Shown here: positions 25,387 to 37,790 of the stretch, piece after piece
Position numbering within the stretch: position 1 is the stretch's first letter
Layout: the number at the start of each line of letters is the position of its first letter
NCBI RefSeq assembly: GCF_036321535.1
Contig: NC_087436.1
Location: 11,470,001-11,534,000 of the forward strand
DNA length: 64,000 bases
Reading direction: 5' to 3'
Source of the DNA: Camelus dromedarius
Lineage: Eukaryota
Program-made: the position numbers and the translations under genes
Notes under the pieces: generated by a model
The model's database searches: none
Told to the model about the DNA's origin: nothing
Seen by the model: only the letters and a program-made list of their open reading frames with translations

Positions 25387-26354
25387 GAAAGACTAGTAGA
25401 ATGAACATCCACATTGATTCAACAGTTGTTAATATTATGCCAACAGTTGCTCTGTGTGAGGGCGCGCCCTTGTGTGCATGTCACACATTTTTTTAACTAA
25501 ATCATCTGAAAGGTTGAGGACATAATGAAACTTCATTCCTGGATACTTCATTGCCTAAAAATAAGGACATTTTCCTACTTAACTACAAAATTATTATCAC
25601 AAGAAAACTAATAGTAATTACATATTTACAAATCCATGGTAAAAGAATTTGCTAAATTGTCCCCTAAATGTCTTTTTTGCTGCTTCCCCCACTCCCCACA
25701 ATCCCCCCATCTCCCACCCAATCAAGGGTCACACATGACATTTAGTTATTATGTCAAGACATGTATTTTAACAGGTGCAGTAAACTGGTTAAGCCAGGGC
25801 TCTGGAATTAGTCATGGAGCTTTGAATTCTGCATCTCATTAAGGCTGTGATCTTGGACACTTTATATAAGTTCTTTGGGCTCAGTTTCCTCATTTGTAAA
25901 AATGAAACTATTACTATTTCCAATTTCAGAGAATTCCCCTCCTCCTCACCTGGCTTTCTCTATTTATTTTTACATACAGATACATATTTTTTTTCAGATT
26001 ATTTTCCATTACAGCTCATTATAAGAAATTGAATATAGTTCCCTATGCTATACAGTAGGTCCTTGTTGTTTATCTACTTTATGTAGAGTAACATGTATCT
26101 ATTAATTGCAAACTCCTAATCTATCCTTTCCCCCCACCCCCTGGTAACCACAGTTTGTCTTCTATGTCAGTGAGTCTATTTTTGGTTTGTAAATAAAATT
26201 TGTATCTTTTTTTTAGATTCCACCTATAAGCGACATCTTATTATGTTATTTGTCTTTCTGTGTCTGACTTAATTCGCTTAATATGATAATCTCTAAGTCC
26301 ATTCATGTTGCTGCAAATGGCATTATTTTATTTTTTATGGCTGAGTAATATCCC

Positions 26355-26356
<2 letters not shown>

Positions 26357-26406
<50 letters not shown>
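26357..26406. repeat. (TG)25 microsatellite
   Basis: Perfect dinucleotide run. Confidence 0.98.
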
Positions 26407-26410
<4 letters not shown>

Positions 26411-26712
26411 CCACATCTTCTTTATCCACTCATCTGTCAATGGACATTTAGGTTGTTTCCCTGTCTTGACTACTGTAAATAGTGCTCCTATGAACACTGA
26501 GGTGCATGTGTCTTTTTGAATTATAATTTTCCCCCAATATATGCCCAGGAGTGGGATTTCTGGATCACATGATAAGTCTATTTTTAGTTTTCTAAGGAAA
26601 TTCCATACTGTCCTCGATAGTGGCTGCACCAATTTACATTCCCACCAACAGTGTAGGAGGGTTCCTTTTTCTCCATACCCTCTCCAGCATCTATCATTTG
26701 TAGACTTTTTAA

Positions 26713-26852
26713 AAAATAAATATTTTATTTTTATTTTTTGGTGAGGGGAGGCAATTAGGTCTATTTATTTTTAAAGGAGATACTGAGGATTAAACCTAGA
26801 ACCTTGTGCATACTAAGCATGCACTCTACCACTTGAACTACACCCTCCTCAC
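26713..26852 (-). mobile_element. Vic-1-like SINE nested in L1
   Basis: 15-bp TSD ttgtagactttttaa (26698..26712 / 26853..26867). Confidence 0.92.
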
Positions 26853-28360
26853 TTGTAGACTTTTTAATGACAGCCATTTTTACTGGTGTGAGGTGATACT
26901 ATAGTAGTTTTGATTTGCATTTCTCTCATAATTACTGATATTGAGCATCTTTTCATGTTCCTGTTGACCATCTGGATGTCTTCTTTGGAGAAATGTCTAT
27001 TTAGGTCTTCTGCCCATTTTTTGATTGGATTGCATTTTTTTTTATATTAAACTCTATGAGCTGTTTGTATATTTTGGAAATTAGTCCCTTGTTGGTCACA
27101 TCATTTGCAAATATTTTCTCCCATTCTGTAGGTTGTCTTTTCATTTTGTTTATGGTAGCCTTAGATGTGCAAAAGCTTTTAAGTTCAATTAGGCCCCATT
27201 TGTTTATTTTTGCTTTTATTTCCATTACTCTAGGATCTGGTTTGAAAAAAAAATATTGCTGAAATTTATGTCAGAGTGTTCTGCCTATGTTTCAGAGAAA
27301 TTTTTGACAAAATGAAATATGCAGGTAATACCCTTACACAAGTACAGCGTGGTCCCTACAAAGCACTCAGCAAATAGTAGTCATGTTTTTGTTTTAAAAT
27401 TAAAAAAAAAAATTGGGGGGACAAAGATGATGGTGTACTTGTTAAGCTAAAGGGTTTGCTTAGTTTAGGGTAGAAATAATCTGAGATTACCCAGTATAAA
27501 CCAGACGGGAGCAATGTTGTCAAAAAATAGGTTTCTGAACTTCATGAGGTTTTATAGGAGCAGGTTGGTGGCGAGTGAGGTTGTCAGCCTAGGAGATGGG
27601 CTTCCATAGGGGACCTTGACTTCTGGGAATTAGACTGAGTGGGTGAAAAGGGTGCTCTATGGATAATTAAAAGTGAATATTTAGAAGGGAGAAGTAGAAC
27701 AAGATTTATCTTTACTTAACCATTTTGTTTAGGCCTAGACATGCAGGAGTAGGTGCTATGTTATGTTTACTGTGTCCAGCTCAAAAGTTAGAAATAAAGA
27801 GAAATATACACTTGCCACTAAAAGTCATCAATATCCATGCTCAATGAATATAATCAGAAACCACGGGTGAGGTGCAGGAATACGGTTCTGTGGAATTCTG
27901 TCCAAAATGCACCCTCCAAAAATATTTTTATAGAACCAAAGCCTCAGTTAGTATGTATGGGGCATTAAAACTTAGTCATTATCAGGAAAGATGATTAAAA
28001 TCTTATGTCTGCATAATGCTCTAATGGTAGTCAAAGCAATCTAAATAAATATAGCCCTGTAAAGAAATTATATTTGTAAAAATGCCTGACATTTCATTTT
28101 TGCAAGGTTAAAATATTTTTGGTACAGATTATTGCACTTGTTTACCTATCAGGGGTAAGAGGAGAGAATCTTTCTTTCTGCCAAATGGTTCACCTGGTGA
28201 AGGTGCAGGTCTGAGGCGTCGTCTCTCCTGTGAGTGTTGTCACCCTCAGCACAGTTGCCAACATAGTGCTCAGCCCTTATCACAGATATTAATGTGTTAA
28301 AATATCTCATTTTCCCCAACATCAAATAAAGTGTGTCTTTAACTCACTGTAACTTCCATT

Positions 28361-28832
28361 TGTTGATGAAAAATTAATCAGTCGATCTAAGAAAGAAATG
28401 GAAACTTTTAACTCAGGCCAACTTGAGGATTATAACCTGGGAACAATCTCTCAGAAAGTTCTGAGAACTGTCCCGCCCACTAGAGGTCAAAGCACAGTTA
28501 TGTAAGGTTTTAAGACAGAGGGCTGTACAGTAAATTATGTATTATTGACAGTTTACACAATCCAGGTCTATGTGTACCAAATGAGCAGTGGTCATGGGTC
28601 ACAATGGTTTCTTACAAGATTAAGAAAGAATGTTATCCTTTAAGGAGTTATCTTGTTGGTGCTAAGAGAATGTTGCTCTTATGGTAAAGGAGGTATTTCT
28701 GCCAAAGGGGAGGTTTGGTCGATGCGTAATGCAGATACACAGTGGACAGTAGAGGAGAGAGAGGAGGCCAAAGGCAGAGAAAATTTTTTTAATTTTTCTT
28801 GTCTTGTCATAAAATATATATTTTATTTTATA
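28361..28832 (-). mobile_element. Probable ERV1-type solo LTR
   Basis: tgttgatgaaaaa terminus, possible TSD catt/tatt, LTR-like composition. Confidence 0.6.
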
Positions 28833-31800
28833 TATTGTTCAGCCTAACATGTGTATCATGTAAACAATAGGTGTCTAATATTTAATATTGACTTTAAAGA
28901 GGGATCTCTTCATCTACTGATACTGATTTTAACTTGCCCTTTTAATCAAATTTTAGATTGAATTGGTCCAAGCTAGATCTTTTTACAATTCTCTTAAGTT
29001 TCCCTGTACCTCTATCAGGAATGCACATATTTCAAATTCTGGCTTTGGAATGCTTTATAGCTAAGTCTCTCTTAGATATCCAGAGATGTGTCACTGAAAA
29101 TCTCCCTCTTAATGAATAGTCAAAAAAGTAAGTCAACAGTTATTTTAGTGCATCAAATTATTTTTGGTCTGTGTACTTTTTCTAGAAAGTTTTTTCTAGA
29201 AAGAAATTTAAGGATATTACAAGCAATTAGAAATATTCCAGTTTCCATTTATTTATTCTAGAAATGTTTGTGTCTATCAGACACAAATAGAATCCAGTTG
29301 TAACCAAATAGAGTCCAAATGTAACCAAACATTTCAAATTTGGGTTAGAAAGCTCTATCAGAGCTCCTCAGAATCCACAAAATTTGAGACTTATTATCCA
29401 GCACTTCCTCCCATGTTATTGATTTGTGTTCTCCGGGAGTTCTTGTTCCTGACATTTAAAAAACACACTTGTTTTTGAAGGCAGAAAAATTTTATTTTGG
29501 TTTCACTGACCAATTCGGGAGTGGGAGAACAAATTTGCTAAAACTTCCAAAAATAATTTGTCCTTGGATAGATACCAAACATGTGAAGTTTTAGACCAAA
29601 ACCAAAATTTCTCTGAAAGTTTAGAAAAAAAAATTTACAGAAACTCAGGATGAAATGAATTTTGTAAACTTCATGGAAATCAAGACTACTCCTTAGTAAT
29701 TTGAGAGCTAGTCTCATCAGATTTCTGCCCCTTCTTGATTCTACTCTAATGTTAAGTCCCAGGCTCTGCAATGCAGCCAGGTTACTCTTAGCATTTCCAC
29801 GGAGGATTTCCTTATTTCAGAAATAACCAGAAGATGGGGCTTTCAGCTTTCTGCAGTGACATCTCATTTAATCAAGTTCTAGACATTTAAGAAGTAACAA
29901 TTTTCTTCTGAAACACAATTCCAATTCTATGTGCTGAGGTATAAAACACATTTGAAAGTGTCTGCCAATAACTTATAAAATGATTATTTTGATTTTCCAA
30001 TATTTAGAAAAGCTTGCAGCTTCAGTCTCTGAAGTTGTTTGAGAAGAAGTGAGATAGACCAGGATGTGTAATTTGCTGTTTATAGCATCTTTGTTAGTAT
30101 AAGCTAGAGATAAATTTATCCTTTAAAGTAAGTGAAAATTAAATTACTTAGAATGTTAAAAAGGAGGAAAAACAGAAGACGAAAAGAAAGAATCTGTAAA
30201 TTTGTACATGGACATACGCATGCCCTGCCTCTCTCTAAGAAGGATCCTAGGTGCAACATTGATGTGAACATGACAACTTATGAAGCCTTTACACATTTTT
30301 TTTGCATTCTTTTTTATTGAAGTATTGTCAGTTTACAATGTTGTGTCAATTTCTGAAACGCATTTACACATTTTGAAACAACATGTCTATTTTGGTCCTA
30401 ATGACAATCCTCAGAAGTGGGGCTGTGCAATATTATTGCTTGCATTCTACAATGAAGAAAATTGGTAAGAGCATTTGAATGACTTTCCCAAGATCACCTG
30501 CTAATCACAGGGAAACTGGAGTCTAACTTCATGTTCAGCACTCCCTCATTCATTCATCAATTGATAATAACTAAAATCTTCAATGTAGGGCACTGATAGC
30601 CACCGCGGGAAACTAAAAAATCAGTAAGTCCTATGTTTCCTGTTTCTATTCCCTACTTCCTGGCTAGTCTTTGTAAATGCTGCTCTCAGATTTGTATTTT
30701 GGCTTAATTTCTACATGGACTGAGTACATTATACTCACATATGCCCATTAGACCCCAGCTTTCTCCTACTTATGCTCTAATACAGTGTTCTGGTCTCCAG
30801 CATCAGCCCAATTCTCCAGTATCTCCTGTCAAACCTTTCATATTTTCAGCTTCTTATTCTCAGAGTTGACAGTTGAAAAGTGTTCCTGGATGTTCTGATG
30901 TGTGCTTGAAGTAGAGCAGGAGAAAACACAGAAACTTTTGGAGAATAAAGAAATATTTCATTATGGATGAGGTGGTGACTGAGTTGTATTTCACAGAAAA
31001 AAAAGTAGGAAAGGAGGGATATTTGGAATAAAAGGAAGGAGCAAGGCACTCAAATTAGAAGCCATAGTCTCCCACTCTAGGCTGAAGAGTAGCTCCCTAA
31101 TCTGGCTTTAATTCAGTTTCGGTTGATAAGTTTCACCTTCGCTCAGGAGACTTGCCCTTGAATGCACTGAATGCAAGCCTTTGTCTATATAGCCCTTCTA
31201 GGAGTAAAAATGTCCTAGTACTTTTTCAACTTGAACTTTATATTTCTTTTATATAAGTACTCCCTGGTTGATGGATTATTTAGTGAATGATGTTGGTAAA
31301 ACCAGACAGATATTTAGAAGAAAATGAAACTGGATTGCTCTCACATTTTTAAGCCAAAATAAATTCCTAGAGGTTTAAAGATTTAAACATAAAAAAAAAA
31401 ATTACCACACATTCTAGAAAAAAGAACATTTTAATATAGTCTTGCAGTAAAGAAAGACTTTCCATGCATAACCCCAAACCCAGAAGCACCAGAGAAAAAA
31501 AGTATAATGAATTTGACTACATAAAAATTTGAAACTTCTGCATGGGGAAAAAAAAAAAAGACAGTGTTAAGTTAAAATATAAATGCCAAATTCCAAATAA
31601 CTAGAAATAACCTAAATATCTACTATTTGTGGAATAGGTAAATAAACTTTGGTGTCTATAATTAGGGTACTATCCAACAATTTATAAAATGAGATAGATC
31701 TGTATATGTTGGCCAAAAAAAGCAGCTCTATAATCTGGTGTGTTATAAAAGCAGGTTGCAAAATAATCATCATGCTATAAATTTTTTTCATGAGGAAAGA

Positions 31801-31999
31801 GTACACATATAATACAAAAATTTTTTTTGATATGCAAATATATGCTATGAAAGTATACAGAGCTTGAGAAATTAATTAAGGAAAAGGAATAAAAGGCATT
31901 CAGATAGGGAAGAAAGTAGTAAAACTATCTCTACTCACAGAAAACATGATATTACATCTAGAAAACCTTAGGGAGTCCACAAAAAACACCATTAGAGCT

Positions 32000-32092
32000 T
32001 GTTTTCTTTTTTTAGTGGAGGATTGAACCCAGGAACCCAGGACCTCATGCACGCCAAACACCCACTCTACCACTGAGCTATATCCCATCCCC
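32000..32092 (-). mobile_element. Vic-1-like SINE, short-tailed
   Basis: 13-bp TSD caccattagagct (31987..31999 / 32093..32105). Confidence 0.9.
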
Positions 32093-33519
32093 CACCATTA
32101 GAGCTAAGAAACAAATTCAGCAAAGTTTCAGGATACACAATCAGCTCACAAAAATTAGTTCCATTTCTATATACTGGCAACAAACACTACAAAATAAAAG
32201 AAATTATTAAAATAATTCCATTTACACTAGCATCAAAAAGAAGAAAATACTTAGAAATAAATTTAACCAAGGAGCTGCAAGACTTGTCACTGAAAACTAA
32301 AGAACATTGCTGAAAAGAATTAAAGAAAACCTAAATAAATGGAAAGACATCCCATGTTCACTGACTGCAAGAATACTGTTGAGATGATAATATTATCCAA
32401 AGTGATAAATAGTTTCAATTCAGTCACTAAATCCTGACAATATTTTTTTCAGAAATGGAAAAACTTACCCTAAAAATCATATGGAACTTCAAGAGACCCA
32501 GCATAGACAAAATAGTCTTGAAAAAGAACAAATTTGGAAGACTCATCCTTCCTGATTTCAATACTTGCTACAAAACTGTAGTAATCAAAACAGTGTGATG
32601 CTAGCATAAGGCTAGACATACAGACCAGTAGAATAAAACTGAAATCCCAGATATAAACCCACACATCTCTAATTTGATTTTCTACAAGGATGCCAAGATC
32701 ATTCAATGAAAGAATGGTCTCTTCAACACATTGTGCTGGGAAAACTGAATATCCACACCATATTAAGAAATTACTCAAAATGGATTAAAATCTAAATTTA
32801 AGGGGTAAAATTATAAAACTTTTGGAAGAAAATATAGAGTCAAATCTGCATGATTCTGCATTTGGCAGTTGTTCTTTTAAATATGACACCAAAAGCACAA
32901 ACAAAAAAAGATAAATTGGACTTCATTAAAATGAAAAACTTCTGTGCATCAAAAGGTGCTATCAAGAAAGTGAAAAGACAATCCACAGAATGAGAGATAT
33001 TTGACACTCATGAATCTGATAAGGGTTTAATATCCAGAATATATAAAGAACTCCTACAACTCAACAACAGCAAAAAATAAAAAAACAAAAACAAAACACA
33101 CACACACAACCAAAAACCCAAATAAAAAATGGGCGAAGGACTTCAACAGACATTTCTCTGAGGAAGATATACAAATAGCCGACAAACACATGAAAAAGTG
33201 CTCAACATCATTAGTCAGCAGAGGCAAATCAAAACCACAGTGAAATACCATGTCACTCCTACTATACTATGAAAAAATGGAAAATCTCAAATGTTGGCAA
33301 CAATATGGGAAAATTGGAATCTCCATGCATTGCTGGTAGAAATGTAAAGCGATGTAGCTGACAACAGTTTGACAGTTCCTCAAAAAGCTAAACAGTGTTG
33401 CCATGACTCGGCAGTTACACTTCCAGGTATACACCCAAGCAGATTGAAAGCAGGCGCTCAGACAGGTGCTTGTCTGACAATGTCCCTTGCAGCATTGTTC
33501 ACAATAGTCAAAAGGTGGA

Positions 33520-33646
33520 GGGGGGAGGGTCCAGCTCAGTGGTAGAGCATGTGCTCAGCATGCACAGGGTCCTGGGTTCAATCCCCAGTAGCTCCACTAA
33601 AAAATAAATAAATAAGTAAACCTAATTACCTCCCCTCAAAACAAAC
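33520..33646 (+). mobile_element. Vic-1-like SINE
   Basis: ggggagggtccagctcagtggtagagcatgtgctcagcatgcac..gggttcaatccccagta; TSD about aaaggtg(g/a)a. Confidence 0.92.
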
Positions 33647-33658
33647 AAAGGTGAAACA

Positions 33659-34226
33659 TTCCTTTTTCTTTTTCTTTCTTTCTTTTTTTGCAGTTCTCCA
33701 TGTTTATTTTGGAATTATGGATAGGAAATATAAACATCATTAAATAGGATGAAAAGAAATAATAATAGTCTGCTTAAAGGCAAATAATGATTATATGTGC
33801 ATGTACATATATATTTAAACTGTTTATGTACACATAGGATAAATATTACACATGAAGGGAGTCAGGGAACTTAAATCTCCTGTAATTTTTAGCTGGAATT
33901 ACAATTTCTTGCCACTGAAATTAAGACCTTTGGCAGATGAGACTCTGAAAACACCACAAATGTAAAAAAATGGAACCAAGAGTTTCAGAGCTGAGCTGTT
34001 CCTTTCAGGTGCATGGGGATAAACACAAGGCAGTCACACAATGCTCAAATACCCACCAAGTCCTCTGTTCACAATTCCATTTCTCGCCATTCCCATGCCA
34101 GTCCAGCCCAGTCCAGCCCCTGCCACCTGGCCTGAACCCTTCGGGTATCTCAGGGACACTAGGCTATCTCTGCAGAAGTGGGGTTGTGAAGGCCAGGCCT
34201 CTCTCTTCCAGCACCTCTCCTCACTC
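33659..34226 (-). pseudogene. Orphan retrocopy of a polyadenylated transcript 3' end (source unidentified)
   Basis: Non-repeat-looking sequence splitting an L1; minus-strand AATAAA (33703..33708) lies 13 nt before an A-rich tail (33663..33689). Confidence 0.7.
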
Positions 34227-34772
34227 ACAACCCAAGTGTCCATCAACAGATGACTTGGATAAGTAAAATGTGGTCCTTACACACAATGGAATATTATCCA
34301 GCCATCAAAAGGAATGATGTTCTGATACATGCTACAACATGGATGAACCTTGAAAATATTATGCTAAGAGAAATAAGCCAGATACAAAAGGACAAGTATT
34401 ATATGATTCCACTTACACAAGACATCTAGAACAGGCAAGTTTATAGAGAAAGAAAGTACATTAGAGGTTACAAAGGGCCTGGGGAAAGGAGGAAGTGAGG
34501 AATTATTTATTGTTTAACGGGTAAAGATTTTTGTTTGGGGAAATGAAAAATTTGGGAAATAAATAATGGTGATGGCTGCATAGCATTGCAAAAGTAGTTA
34601 ATGCCACTGAATTGTAAACTTAAAAATGAGGAACACGGCAAATGACATGTTAGAAATATGTTATCACAATAAAAATATAGTTTAAAAAAGTCTGGAATAC
34701 ACACACAAAACTGCTCACTGTGTAATTATGAATCATTGCATGATTCTAACTCACATGATAAAGAGCTAATGT

Positions 34773-34904
34773 TTTCTTGGGGGGAGATAATTAGGTTTAT
34801 TTAATTAATTTATTTGTTTTATTTTAATGAAGGTACTGGAGATTGAACCCAGGACCACGTGCATGCTAAGCATGAATTGTACCACTTAGCTACACCCTCC
34901 CTCC
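34773..34904 (-). mobile_element. Vic-1-like SINE
   Basis: ggtactggagattgaacccaggaccacgtgcatgctaagc..agctacaccctccc. Confidence 0.9.
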
Positions 34905-35577
34905 CACACCCATAAATTTTAAAATGCAAATTAAAACAACAAAAGAGGCCATTTTACTTATCAGATTGACAAAGATGAAAAGTATGGGTGAGATCACACA
35001 CTGTTAGAGACAGTTAGAGTGATGTGAAATATCGCACCATTCCGAGAACAATTTGGCCAAATCTTTCTAGCCTGCCGAATCAAAATTTATCCTACTTTTA
35101 AATATTCATATTTTTTGTTTGTTTGTTTTGTTTTAACAATATAACATTTTTTATTGACTTATAATCATTTTACAATGTTGTGTCTAAATATTCATCTTTT
35201 GACTCTAGGGCTATTTCCTACTGTTATACTAGAAAAGAGAAAGATATTTGTTTATCGACATTTGTTGGAACATTGCTTCTAAACTCCTCTCTTCGTTAAA
35301 TACAGTAACAATTGAACATCATTAGTAGATGACTAATTAAATAAAATATTGCACCAATGAAACTTACCATTAAAAAGCATAGGGGTTGATCTGTATGTGC
35401 TGATCTTTATGTGCTACAGAATGATATGGCTAAGTTAAAAATTTTTAATTTGCAGTCATATATATATATGTATATATATATTTCCAGCATGATTACCTCT
35501 GCTGAGTAGGGCTGAGGATGTTGAAGAATGTTTTCTTTCCAGGTTAAATTTTTCCACACTTTGAAATGTTTACACTT

Positions 35578-35730
35578 AATTTTGCTTTTGTTGTTGTTTT
35601 CTTCTTTTTTTTCTTTTTTCAATTTTTTTGGTTTTTCTTTTTTATTTTCTTTTTCTTTTTCTTTTTGTTTCTGTTTACACTTTTAATTTTTTTTAATATA
35701 GTTTTTGAGCTTCTTTTTTTTCTTTTTTTT
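35578..35730. repeat. T-rich low-complexity tract
   Basis: About 150 bp of interrupted poly-T. Confidence 0.9.
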
Positions 35731-37309
35731 GTTGGGAGGGGATACACTTAATTTTTAAACATTTAATTAAACAGGTAATTCATGACTATACCATAAGCAG
35801 TTTGGCTTGTGTATTCTTGCAGACATTTTTCTGTATACTTTTATAACATACATTTGCATTTGGTTTTTCTATTACACATACATTTTTCATGAATAAAATT
35901 ATATCATAATTATTTTTTCTATGTTGTAGAGCTGAGTTTTTCTGGATAATGTATATAGATGCACTTCATTTTTTTAAAAAATTGTTGAATAGGATACTAA
36001 TTATGAATATCAAAGTTTATTTAACTTAAATAACATGTGTCCTTATATACATCCTCAAGTAATATATATCCTCAAATAATAATGTCCTCAAATAATGGAT
36101 ACTTAGCTTGATTTCAGTTATTTGATGTTTCAAACAATGCAATAAAGGAACATTTGTCTACTTCCTTCTTTAAATACACCTGTGCCTCTTGGTGCATTTT
36201 CTGTAACAGTTCTGTTATTTTTACCATAAAAAATAGCTTGAAAAAGAATTATGCTTTGTAAGTCTAATAGACATAAATTTGGAAAGGTTTAGACATAAAT
36301 ATCCAACAATATAAATAGAATATATATTTAAAAGATGAAGTTGTTTCTCTATGCATCATTGCAAAGTAGCCAAGACAAATAAAATGGGGGGAAAATGACT
36401 TAAAAACCCACCTCATAGTCTGCATGCCTGTAACATGGTTTGAATTAAATGTAGTGAATCAAAGATGGGAAATTGTAGCTGAAGAAATTAAGAAGAATAA
36501 AGAAATAAGGAGAATAAATAATAATGAGAACGTGGGGAGGAATCCTCCAGGCCTGCAGACAAGGGCAGTGGTAGAGCGAGGGCTTCCTCAGCCCTGATCA
36601 GGGTCCAGCTGCGGAGGAAGACGCACTGATGCTCCCCTGCTCCTTAATGCTCCTTGACCGATGGCTCCTCTTCTTTTCCTAACCTCAGCTTTCCTCCAGA
36701 CACTTGAAAGTAACCAGCCTGAATTTCTATCCTTTTCTCATACTTTTTAACACATTTTAAATCGACCCTTATCCTTTAGTGAGTGAGAAATTAGCGACGT
36801 TTAAAGCAGACATTTAGAGTGTAGAAGGTTAAAAAGATGAAAGCTTTTCTCATCTCTTTAGATCCCAGTTCACCCCGTTTTGGGGTCTGACTTCCAAATA
36901 TAATAATAATCTGTAGTCACCAAGAGTTTCAGGGTTATGCCTAATCCTCGCCACCCCGACCCCTGCCTAAACTTCAGATGCTGTAAAGTGTAATCCACAC
37001 ACCCAACCCAGAACTGACCGTGCAACAAGTGGTGGTTAAATTGAACTCATACAGAAATGAGGGAGAAGGTGTAAAAACAGGATGCCAGTGGAAGGTGGGG
37101 GGTGGGAATACATAGGCTCAGGAAGGATGGGATAGAAGGAGAGATGTGGGGAGGAGGAGGAGGAGAGAGAGGGATGGTGGAATTACAGAAAAGAATGCTG
37201 GTGGCAGGTGAGCAGAGGTACAGAAAAGCAGTGGGGAGAGGCCAGCTGCATGGTGACAGGGTCCTGGCCTGGCCTCCTGCAATGGGCCACCAGCAGCAGC
37301 CGTTTCCTG

Positions 37310-37790
37310 TATTGCCGCAAAACTGGCCTCTATACCCGGAAAACCAGATTAAGATTCAGAGGCAGAGTTTTGGGAGAATCAGAAAAGAACAGCTATATTG
37401 CTTTGCCAGGCAAAGGGGAGTTACAGTGGCTAATGCCTTAAAGACTGTGAATCCCTCTTGGGGTTGTGGTCTTGAAGATTCATAGAAAAACTGGATGGAA
37501 CAGAAAAGGTGATAACAGTCAGGGTGTTTCATTCCTCTTAACCTTAATGAATCCTCCTGGTGTCACGGAGGAACTCTGGAGGGTCTGTCCATTCTTCTTA
37601 AATTATCAGTCCGTTACCTCCTTCCTGGAGCATAGCCTCTGGATTAAAGGTATTCTCAGTAAAGCATGTATAGGAGGAGAGAGCATAAGGGAAGAGTCTG
37701 TAAGGCAGTAAAAGCAAGCTTCAGGACTTCTCAGTCTGAATGAATCAGCAACCAGGTTTAGCATCAGGGAAGCCAGTTTGTTAGTTTGCT
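37310..37790 (-). mobile_element. Probable ERV1 (MER41-related) LTR fragment
   Basis: gcagagttttggg..agaaaagaacagctatattgctttgccaggcaaagggg motif. Confidence 0.55.

Larger units (their letters stand above)
25960..27290 (-). mobile_element. LINE-1 3' fragment interrupted by a SINE and a (TG)n tract
   Basis: Minus-strand ORF2 motifs ([40 protein letters not shown]). Confidence 0.93.
31880..34685 (+). mobile_element. Old L1MB-like element (ORF2 and 3'UTR) interrupted by two SINEs and a retrocopy
   Basis: Degenerate ORF2 (aaatggaaagacatcccatgttca etc.), resumes at acaacccaagtgtccatcaac at 34227. Confidence 0.88.

Noticed and set aside
35566..35751. Poly-Phe and Lys-rich ORFs
   Set aside because: Translation of a low-complexity T tract
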